From the NCBI GenBank assembly GCA_003524095.1, contig DOEE01000003.1:258148-322147 (forward strand): DNA of 64,000 nt, read 5' to 3'. Positions 50,101 through 52,363 of this stretch are shown piece after piece. The stretch comes from Clostridiales bacterium. GTDB taxonomy: Bacteria; Bacillota; Clostridia; Christensenellales; UBA1242. A program made the translations under genes and the position numbers. Positions within the stretch are counted from its first letter, which is position 1. The number at the start of each line of letters is the position of its first letter. A model generated the notes under the pieces. It searched no databases. It worked only from the letters and a program-made list of their open reading frames with translations, and was not told the DNA's origin.

Positions 50101-51777
50101 GGAGATGAAGACTACGGACAACCATATGATGCTACAGCAGATACCGAACTTTATATACTTGAAAGCGGTTCAGCTGGAGACATTAAGTTAAACATTGCAC
50201 TAAAAACCGATGTAAACAATGATAATGATACAAATAATTATCTAAATGGTGCTGGTGGATTTGCTGGTTATGCTAATGTTGAAAGACTTACAATTCAAGA
50301 TATTAGGAATAATCATCCAAATATTAATAGTGGAGTAAACGCAGGTGGTTATATTGGATATTTAGTTAATAGTTTGACAGAAATCGAAAATAGTTCTAAC
50401 GGAGCTGGAGTATATAGTACTGGTAACTCAAATACTGGTGCTGGTGGATATATTGGACAAGTTAGCGAAAAAGGTGGCTGGCAAGGTGCTATATCAAATG
50501 AGACAAATATATTCTTTGTTTATGCTACAAAGTCAGTTAATGTTGCTGGAACCGTATGGGGCTATAATGCTGGCGGACTAGTTGGTAAGTACGAAATTGG
50601 TAATACAAAACTTGTAATTGGTGATAAACTTGACGGCAATGCTGAATACAAAGTTATTAGTATAAATCCAGCGGTGGTCAATGGCACAGTTGCTGGCGGT
50701 GTAATCGGTCTAATTGACGGATATTACAATGGGACAATGGAAGAGTCATCATTTATTTGTAATGTCAAAGTATTATGTGGTATTGTTGGAACTACTGCGG
50801 GCGGAATTATAGGCAAGGTCGCAGGAAACAATCAATACTTGAATTTAACAATAGGCGACGTAAATGAATTACCAGAAATCCAAACATCTGTAGAAGGTGT
50901 AATTGGTGACGAACGCACCGAAACTGCTGGTGGTGTAATTGGTTATCTAAAAAATATTGGGGGCTACAAGTATGGAAACATTAAGATTGGAAATGATTTG
51001 GGTTCGACAACCATATCTGCATCCAAAAATCTTGGTGGTGTTATAGGATTTGTCGAAGACGGGGAACATACTCCATCTTTGGCAGATAATGTAGTTCTAA
51101 ATTATGTAGGATTTATTGTGAACAATTACAAGCCATTTAATATTTGGGCAACGGATGAAAATGGTGAACTTTTAACCGAAAAAGTTTATAATTATAGTAG
51201 TTACTATGTTAAAATTGGTGAAAATCAATATGAACCTTATTCTGCACTTACTAGTATGAATATTGCCGAAAAACTAGGCGCATATAGTGGAGCGACTTTG
51301 GATGCTATTAACTTTGGACTAAATGTAGGTATGTTTGACAAACATGACAAAATGGTATTTAAAGGCACATATAACAGCAGAACCTTATTGAGTACTGAAG
51401 ATAAGATTCTTCAAGATATAAATGTGTCAATAGTTGTAGACAAAGGCAACGTTACAAATGTGATAGATCTTCCATCTGGCATTAGTATTAGTCAAACAAC
51501 TCCAACAAGTGGAAGAGATTATCTCGAGCCATTTGAACATGCTCCTAAGATTGATCCAGAAAACAAACCACAATCTTTGGGTAAAGATGCAGTAGAAGAG
51601 ATTTATAATGCAGACTCTGTCAACATAGCAAATGATATGGCTAGCTTGACAGACAAAGCAAAAAACATTCAATACTATGTAGTGGAAGTTACAAAAATTG
51701 AATTTAATAATGCTGATGGAACATGGAAACTTATAGAAGATAGTGATTTAATATTTAAGGCATATTATTTTGATTAA
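26080..51777 (+). CDS. giant surface lipoprotein-type protein (8565 aa) with Ig-like arrays and many GLUG-type repeat arrays
   Basis: The ORF is open for 25.7 kb. It starts with the signal MKTWKKVITLIVLILSSALTCFAC. Its N-terminal Ig-like region is paralogous to giant gene 1. It contains dozens of motifs such as VGGLIGY, VGGLIGS, IGGLVGVNSG, IAGGLVGENHG, VGGLVGLYQ, VGGLVGLVN and AGGLVGKYE. Confidence 0.9.
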   Translation: MKTWKKVITLIVLILSSALTCFACGKNSKYDNMKIEFVSCKDYADNDIQNNTVVFSSDASKNHFTLMLKVTGVDSKVDRRIEFSVDNPTVIMPNGGKYYESLGVTEAYFDIVGDGETIIRAKTIEGNKTFDYAIKVSVPIQSFEVKNNLIPIIRNSSIDLSDTDKYISFFPSNTTQREISYKAIEINEIDRGEVDKINAKLSINPRVIDTTDLKDITSFILEITSVYDSSLTQQTIVNILDKMDTSEFIFEEIIPSDEDPETHYNQLTVRTNELTNERTYSLMLGLNNDTEHAKFSSSIIELKGLNSSSGETYELNSIVNNFKKFESLDGAISAEDYRFSKYSVRIKGLKEDGFVEGLGNELMITKLPNNQFLFARSSSPAVDKVYTITFVVDYNTFEGMFETIEIPVQVTMKMFPKDIFLFASESDMKSGRDNHNPNVKSLGDNQIIAYKKGRMPVWVDVWSDSNSLERQQVKITCDNENIVIEDNNGRRIDTITGGEIFYIRQQENSPEITGEVNLTFTSTVYSEISKTVKISCVKDDTQVIFDNTTIYLNPANYSDQTSSVNIESIDLIAEGYLRFTGLPTKEGTEDQDYSTVNVHVENTTFFDFEKDINNNTLCFRNIKNKLGSVNVTVTLPNGESATRVFKVAYNFEDPSFLSIQFEDFENYDTDSLSSTLKERVDDYGFKMSDYSYKFVGVKSDEVASKTRKTKLLIGKTYSYYFLLGNAGMTQTYYDLSGILKTVSITSSNSSCVSIEGNLIKVKDYSDTPVTLNFVYRPMEGNNLQENICISIKVYFEKPITSIYTEQNNYDIYDFSTVNQNVTIGNTSETYVSKYAIKTIQLHFNPTNAISPSNVDWRVGGAVGANGYYSMSADTKDANGKIIRTFIIDGTDGKGTVSLEFMDENCLSAKLTVTNIPGNTLRFNIYIFATQHYLGENGIEIASSISTIASINVSKATRVGGISAKLFNNRISFDIRNMSYDQDSKMFTQNNTAKFEYTLNPVNVDGRVSGTGILIKDVSYQLDSSDISLDEVALQKGIVKLTVNRISGTYENNPKYTLLLTAKDGGTPTKIIISIADGKNIPFEIGSVQDLRDIADLTKYSKALESNYVLTKNIDLRGENWRPIGTLDNPFKGTLSGRYYIDEEQTNYRDYSIVGLNIKVDNSGTQCETKLENTNSYISMYGLFGCISEKAIIKNLRVYSYSINITTYLTIDNTSNSAYLNEYVGVLVAYNKGKIIDCEIDDGNLHTLSGAQIAKNSNSTLGIFYSQKCSVNSFPLYSSVGGVTGRNSGTIQGTKFKGFVSFDSSNGNKYVRSGGLAGVNDGEIIGKSENFVVSNGLEEFDVVSVINAHKDSSLLSAKNSIGGAVGYNTNKVSNLSVRTFVFGDTTSQEIKIDCGVGGLIGYNRGNVIGNTVVPVVIGNVNVGGLIGSSTNDSSSANYEFKVLDEMNISSNKVQILDFKDIYSYMNTAVKGGFNVGGLIGFYNNSQDNTLNSNIDRSQDSEKYARYTVIKYTNALSYNSVTSYFGRTTNNFDSNYSYDISNNPNGLYFGDIVVTDTNSDTTTYVGGFIGSANNALISSGYSNLSIVFSTREARYSFGNTNNDFIIGGTFVGGFVGSIRGVSSVFNIQVFGNIYNKNASLSVNSDKNYAGSFFGDVSRLNDYLFKDGEKTFTLNILEIWTSNVTFTNNNDKKISMVIPNSIDETATKIKNTYNDLLDVKSLLSNQYLYGLTMVDITNNLTLNFANLISSYSSVTITENHSGTMQTKELSRIYGQDRLIYNTGSFGVAFMYNGDVYLSTKTYIEVPSVVGYNSYALGSTINLYLSINVKDNNNLNSTSYTKELGTKIITLDDLKVALDLSNYEITDTEEISKLGTSVSYYSDLYERKYQYSDETKTITTKVYSNLVSKFMPTSAFSKSNSSWEGTITDESLLVPQAFGNFDIIRNADKNPVALSGLYVSTNKNETGIDERPLGDGTNYLDKLNNSLRYYNPKIHSGYPVAIAKNPTFTQNNDNYINLIIIFKPEIIEINVGNVLSDVNYVNTWISAVETANKLNPENKTIFYYELKFADKNSNLFEYNKMPWEYKNGQKVIDFDKNGIYTSIDQMYTDYVMEEINNKNIHSLSDVLKISIQPPFLQNGMIKFTSSNPNVAVIRIIDDKAYIETKSTGVVEFTISSLYNSDIKTSFKVNIINAVNTFEMYENQANSKEINLNDKITVIKNEDLATTIYSKLNGSFDIQNEYLKTYASSDLKLTLNNAVNSESTYGIRYIYLNSGADILFDNDNGAINTIKINGKKFAPASFADIYGKTGYYYYVDDDSMMTKITGVETTTESIRLLAVPYVNHGHERTYLFDFANMSYNNIQNLVVSSGNSLCKLLTIDVVEGVYDISSTPEVTFKPVNSQIIDIEVKTDNENSQLFVNISANSKELELYSDLEKSTSLTKPNLENIFKLNLDAYELKQDFDVIYFDKMYIKNLGALQVRDNSGKLTSIKYSVKIGVANKYLFDSGLNNEYNIKFTVVNYEKQVLTSETKVTIERQNIDNTMIKHFAGVDEFTENVTEYNLNDYYESNSLVTGYPGLLQIDVFPKYANIDYIEIISSESGGRYVSLEQLVAKYDRTNTYFDGYYHTYTQDRQIILSGRGIRMGKYSNTYNDGSDNYYFDGTFYARTVVPNLPLGSVDFTLTINCYLDGKIIATNQIVINVTKRPTVDLNIKGENFGVIALGRELEVTADTNTQIVWSTDESEVNYEQVMTAKEPVYNAETKAYDIKVKSIHDLGGFDEALKLVGKNIVLKATVSIIIKGRVYSTSDSIPIKLALFTIDEVAVKYVENDNFQGVFNQPYDLMGYISKATYDLDYDKDADVSKKISTIISNYSNLLSRADKNSFKILSNGYWSVLTDEPNQKSDFWIERRGDYYVIKNNMRYTSSSLKLDINVQYTTMSNDAEFGIIINPRSYTNNDFIINRNKQFGFNFIRLSNEEYPEPIYTQAELSNMEEGGYYILLSDITLNNWTPINTAIASLDGNGYVISINKDSFYDTTIQAPAEGETSSEKLSLGIFSEISENTIIKNLTIEMLPSNGVISDVITSSSSDIDIPVQYYSEVKFGVLAGENKGIVTNVNITNNANALRNERNSLLISRGLAEDGVVSNLPTTNTVEYEGADKVVKTINRRLTTINLNYGNLTSVSTTNRIGGLVGVNSGYVSNSSVENINIKGLDCVAGFIAENTGIISSSYYMGGNINAQVSAVSTENLGASAFVFTNSGRIKYSYSAGARIVETESGLSKLISLSGVEDLTKYIGHEYDNPASNNNKHQPIRMRSTGVTSESGNTAGFVYSNTGSIDDCYSNILVYGRYSAGFVFQNSGSINNVYTLSSVLSSDANNNPFISLIDNNSSANNSGTITNSYYVKAIESDFGNTGGSAPVDSYINESKQVANAISITKLNQYNTFESFAFNSNYDSLANINYRSYGKDYSISAIDEIARSVWFYPTITITQDNTFRSYFRKSDYTHGAPQLVSANLKTFSLKYYVSDNSTKIINNVYTQLIDKYPTINVNFSKNSIKVSTMEVTSDALLARVKANSQNPNDVTINTIVNTLNSYTGSSLYGSLTANSLDNETLQYIKTSIYVENEFYKTLNEVDKLNKFKNDVINYVITSNAFKTICYIDVDVYNLADTTIPATAVTYDYYAILENTYGDSIEYGNSILNPYIIKSARDYNVYIMQTDDNGVSSTEKNFKSNKHLRLVRDITFSSQELTVKTFNVDYSGVFDGNGMTISDIRINADTTKSSNAINKQLTSNYEEEDTYDDDNNELTPNRKATSVGMFAKLSRGAVVKNLDITIAELYGTGVNFVGTIAGQVIDSKIYNISVSGSAVVFGHNIVGGIAGRVEGNSSVVNAKSNVAVTSTYYKIYNTFDKNNIEISKDSTYNVYVPKIFDEKKDLKTTSKFYNVSYAGGIIGIVDLAKDTLNSSIDTSYIGKIRFNSYSAESFIRGEIVGGLYGYVGENSVVSASKLYATDSGRLDASRIAGGLVGENHGIIERSFVSYTANEQNTIDQKINELSKVLNYTQTFGDTLFANDKSIFVGNAHFIGGVVGLNVCGRINNTYNKINVSQINSLYAGGIIGATIGGELFGVYTTADVYAFKGIGGVVGLNAGYVGEDATSNNLYISNYDAFKNVSLATLNMKGVVAINMWKLEHLNVRRSYINPVAQENASVGTLIGEVYTSESSSVGDLVKIDEIYSRLVNENIYTLSTYSFSSITKYNEASNKNNIKLELLGEIGNAKDVDYIQDVNSSGTLIDDGKTLKVVHVDDDSNKYVVRDIAIVDRIIHSGNIMQLMYDKTNGYSLVTTSHYSRLRKYSSLRTLKEIVDRAFDASQSTLMLSKLTLSEGISISESENRNFPKVLIVDSEDKVVNSIQALQTSIQKIYPVDVWNATVWSGVGYNEISMEKTDENIFPVHENRTSDLTIDVRCYEDLLQANKNPNGKFVLRKDISVPANASPICSLGSPFTGSLYSYGTEHFKITIDKLESMGTVGLFSAVKGATFSNFDIEVSNEIKVTNSGNNSSAAGVLFGYGYSRGYNPNVISNVTITFTTHGKIKTSNSSNDINDFSAAYVGAVGGFADSLYIDNLIVNNPDISISGSTNNVTNPNMYVGGLFGYASILESYTSKNIVLNNPIINLDVTFEQGSYDTLAVGSAFGKLVNTDSSVLNSQVTLGLNSVKITNPKLDIRFSAKDRTPDVNNSNSKEFANFNSIGIGGVFGLLEGIKRSESNIFTINDIKVESTTPDEPNSTKFVVTNNGVYSSSKYANKGNLNVGGLIGQLGGNNNGFVNVNNVENALTVITYNHSNTSDYLSNQDVNSFVNIGAIIGGVVSSSGKMQELLSNTRLEYTMQELDNVVVNIGGIIGKLSSGTASNLIATNNLETVKVDGKSTQVTTGEDTILNIGGVIGLMTGGTLTRSGFNANATMYLSQNSSSNISMGGLVGRVQMTKSNEISNSFASGKLNLYTSKNTQNNIIIGGFIGLINSYGNIQNSFSSNSITCYDYDSTDYSIKNSSTYNALGAFVGKYTMIDNQVSELKIVSSYTISNIIANVTEEANSYVGGIIGRAESTSGYDISTSIRLPKAYYLAEFMLDTNSIGMAMSVDELLYGDKKNPKDNSSLFDEGYWTVSENKYPVLNWMSADLIDPKLVPEIIEDLDNSTILQNKAYIITDSEFDKNNLQLNNNDVYFKNKINSNHKIFESIDNYSRVYGMNFGTLEINSAVINTNLGKVSTTTISSLKSDSGYIANNAGIDIHPVVTMSSGKLYNKFSGLTIYPKIKINASISNIITNNTGYIKYAVITATNQNDFDTLNIKNSYVTLSSNNYKYYGSDGDYNSQILTSNQSKELGNFTDGYDFYNTWLILSEEGEGDGRHEGRVFLRWELKESVGKQWYFEDIDLNSTTQTEYKDYVWSNFVNANKDNIQSDDFNVTVNTITIGSAKGLAKLSQLINNDGRKDENNAVVNNYTDKKIVLSNDIDLTGRLFTPIGGAMLLENYGNNYFGGSFNGNNHNIKGLFVITEKDAGLFGTSKATSYSNVNIKNSTLISNNGNIGTLVSTQISNAEISNINIDVKANSEDQQTSLKILFGATAIDRNAGGIVGQVKSAILMINNVTIDNNINSNIYNGNSVGGLIGNASNSKGINIDLSKNYLNLKGSYYVGGLIGSVYSSSVTLTRSFNEGSVQNTSADSDLYSAGGLIGLSDSQSYLSISECYASAYIKGLNVGGLVGLYQNNISPLNISDSYYSRGDVGKVVGGETNYRNEDYSNTNMNNAEQVLVRLDETKGKYSSIVNVSDENTRVNLSQVYSSVNTVSNSLKLTNSTNTKNEFYKVFEFNYGIENELIDYSNTKQITQISHKDLSEPNNDMYDGWMFTWSRISQKNNNYPILLFTGRTWGGEEPEKIDDYYAIKKVENLVWIAENVNVKGKNFAGENFKVVPTADNSSDGINVVFDLQHKLWTPIGFSETNSFQGSFDFGNLTIKNLTTNGYYKNNLYNEANLVKSYVGLFGYTKNAEFNGNINFVKDENTPLEGAHIRSLESYAGAFIGYAKNTMFDENFAVSSNLNVQGTLGYIGGIIGCYEIEDEIALMTNDIEPTKYYLGSMTNKGSTNLIVEANNDGGVAGVIGSIKVNVNNQSLDDDTIKTQIIAKELKNYGLVSNATGNSAGVVAEILGINTQFVADNLLSASNITNSASRLGGIIGYSQGYLVIKNAVLSNDVDGIVNENKIILTNKNYKSNIGAIVGEGNNVTIHNIELDPHGILIVSNNLINYVQNEYASGAVGGLVGLVNTLTFQKETDAENTPIQISNIEFQFENSINFVGGVVGKVQKVLNFDYGDREFPNMLKVSNIKGISGIGYLGGIAGYVYELNNYVEEDVKDAMGVSQNRPNGSYFIEVNNIEINETTNTGVDSEYARFLKENETIIDEYFGHIGGVYGYIAKNNSENQLVLESYKLSEIKINSKTNYAGGLISITSNAKIKNITLDSLNICGDFSSGNIKSQFIGGLAGQVGHSMEASGVNVKNIIISENPNYSLVTGSDYVGGLFGSAYGTSITNVKALHLNVGSYESKDLHSNSYIGGLVGFANGVQIEEAMIGTTSARDIINGKKANITGALYVGGIIGGGSNSSVKNCLVGIDEFVTYEEVKNDNLKTLRGKGNGGVVGALVVAEGGSLNTIENVDVVIGLVESEANFGGVAGYMQGTICEASTLIATSKTIGGEEKLSKGNIVGIVYSLNGDGLSSNWFSENYKLYESLSGATVTLAYAKNLENVPSSYNEPTVVYSTKDESEVVKITSGGWEDYNKAKQIFVEAGLWSVNVIDGKADLFQIAFSFDMYQRSIKSMRERTANPDSVETYIMAEDDRAINKNKDCWVTELVATQDISGADKFSDQARDKEYLYMYTAVNKRYDPSLTPINVDIRIDGDIYNVQTNNNGMYPSTQRAESGYGIGNDEYVSVYKKYLAPLGTKYFPINDLKIQGKEGGAKTLYLGTDVFIAGSSAENNYNLYGLIGYVEGKVDIYAIKIMTLRQNAGSVDIDVTDDEFSDDDLKGYIEITDTEVTGLLPTSGLDDNYSTIKLDNVMHKKNEKFVEEYKHDSYFGTLMAMTTPVSYSPNTKVKVDKKNAVSHSLVTIINYASLGYVDDSVPLRVAGGIVGLSKPAYTVEKSGSIRENSISVEDEDGTFKTVYMGNIPYEFMYKALWNKGFILYDNAKNANGEEQDFKNAPTYAGGILGYIDGYTLTNTDKNNDNTSTEYKKYNFSEGNTYTIKVVDSVGHYGLRNANSVLAKEVAGGIFGYVGQNVKINSSSTNQLKQKLILNTGNVEAQIQNGDFVSKQTYSYAGGVIGYLTIGSNGNTSEENTKVMMLNGEEYQETTDNNWATYTLDNLYSGHFATKDYVEKGSSVTVKADYVGGIVGFAKAIDVNSASSNKYSARDNDYLNTYTPTQPSKHKTLRTVIKLIMTNCFNASDVAHEEIDGKITTQVSVASGMLGSYAGLYGLEFDSCINVGDIYSNSASVGGIISHLSNVDNQKITTQNGKKGLVTFPTYYRQQLLIEGDSNAVKYNKDNASSIETTGFGYRNRLGQVSFVKTLSASKQIGGVGAPGEDYSITVNGKHYAMQSSRYVGGLYGYAQDVEILIDSCMQQGSLQTVKYEDDKFTFAGGYGAVTESTQKGDYAPKLTTSSKSGYRIDTYDLTDERYDQNAIKKDEQKEDEDGVIIKTKSDIYADYAGGLFGYIKSAHSLYGHIAEDGYFTNHGNTAYNEKLEDLKTDKNDPYRRFERYGKVLVTPYVNGYLYSGSVNVKGVIATSGIIAKLVSESDEVGELKNSLLPIKSTTLILTKIKNRAYVGAGEYQSGEHGFVPNNSGASGIISEVKLVASLMFDNCGNEGIVDGRKVKSDNKDGITQTGSHAGGLIAHVSKYSKDTTDDKYRNVISNQNYQDQEKDGTIYAKYFNNFRFVEILKCTNSINSMVISGCEDPTKNVSVGGFIGYIEDQKDDGDKTGDEDYGQPYDATADTELYILESGSAGDIKLNIALKTDVNNDNDTNNYLNGAGGFAGYANVERLTIQDIRNNHPNINSGVNAGGYIGYLVNSLTEIENSSNGAGVYSTGNSNTGAGGYIGQVSEKGGWQGAISNETNIFFVYATKSVNVAGTVWGYNAGGLVGKYEIGNTKLVIGDKLDGNAEYKVISINPAVVNGTVAGGVIGLIDGYYNGTMEESSFICNVKVLCGIVGTTAGGIIGKVAGNNQYLNLTIGDVNELPEIQTSVEGVIGDERTETAGGVIGYLKNIGGYKYGNIKIGNDLGSTTISASKNLGGVIGFVEDGEHTPSLADNVVLNYVGFIVNNYKPFNIWATDENGELLTEKVYNYSSYYVKIGENQYEPYSALTSMNIAEKLGAYSGATLDAINFGLNVGMFDKHDKMVFKGTYNSRTLLSTEDKILQDINVSIVVDKGNVTNVIDLPSGISISQTTPTSGRDYLEPFEHAPKIDPENKPQSLGKDAVEEIYNADSVNIANDMASLTDKAKNIQYYVVEVTKIEFNNADGTWKLIEDSDLIFKAYYFD

Positions 51778-51800
51778 TCTAATAGCAACTAAAAAAAAGA

Positions 51801-51838
51801 CATGCAATAGGGGAAACTCTATGGCATGCCTTTTTTTT
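51801..51838 (+). terminator. rho-independent terminator of giant gene 2
   Basis: Stem CATGCAATAG/CTATGGCATG (one mismatch) with an 8-nt loop, followed by CC and TTTTTTTT. Confidence 0.7.
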
Positions 51839-51876
51839 GTCTCAAATTATAAAAATTTTGTTTCAAAACATAAAGA

Positions 51877-51922
51877 TTTTGTCTAAAAATATATTTGTAT
51901 TTTGTCTAAGAATATATTTGTA
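51877..51922. repeat. 23-bp tandem direct repeat (2 copies, 1 mismatch)
   Basis: TTTTGTCTAAAAATATATTTGTA (51877-51899) is immediately followed by TTTTGTCTAAGAATATATTTGTA (51900-51922). Confidence 0.85.
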
Positions 51923-52174
51923 TTTGAAATCATAATTGCAAAAATGTGATTTTTGATAGTGAAGTGACCCCTATGGTGTTCACTTCAATAGTTTGATTTT
52001 GGGTTTTTTGAAAAGTATAAAAAATTAAATTTGCGTGAAAAAAAACACTCTGTAAGAGTGAATTTTGTATAATATGATTTGATTGAGATATAACAATATC
52101 TTTACTTAATACTACTTATTTTACAAAAAGTCAAACAAAAAACAATAATTCTTTCAAAAAGTTTCAAAAAAGAA

Positions 52175-52203
52175 TTGACAGTAGCGAATTATTATGCTAA
52201 AAT
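52175..52203 (+). promoter_or_regulatory. sigmaA promoter of rpoB-rpoC
   Basis: TTGACA (52175-52180), a 17-nt spacer, then TGCTAAAAT (extended -10; hexamer at 52198-52203). The leader is about 155 nt. Confidence 0.65.
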
Positions 52204-52363
52204 TTTAGATGCAAAGTATTGTTTATAAGTGTGTAAACAATCCTAAATGTTAAACATCTTATGTCATTAATATATCCAAAAATTATATTTTTGGCAAACG
52301 ATTTTTGCATTATTTTACAACTTAATAAAATTTTTAAAAATTGTTTCGAGGAGAATAATCTTA

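Noticed and set aside
10381-51777. Dozens of 60-126-aa ORFs inside or antisense to the giant genes (for example 11458..11697, 26122..26502, 42735..43076, 47623..47925)
   Set aside because: All are nested within the long open frames, lack RBSs, and are low-complexity translations typical of off-frame or antisense reading.
10381-51777. The giant-gene block as a recently acquired mobile island
   Set aside because: I found no transposase, integrase, flanking direct repeats or compositional shift. The base composition looks like that of the neighbouring housekeeping genes.
51877-51922. CRISPR array
   Set aside because: There are only two directly adjacent copies with no spacers. No other repeat-spacer structure exists in the window, and no cas genes.
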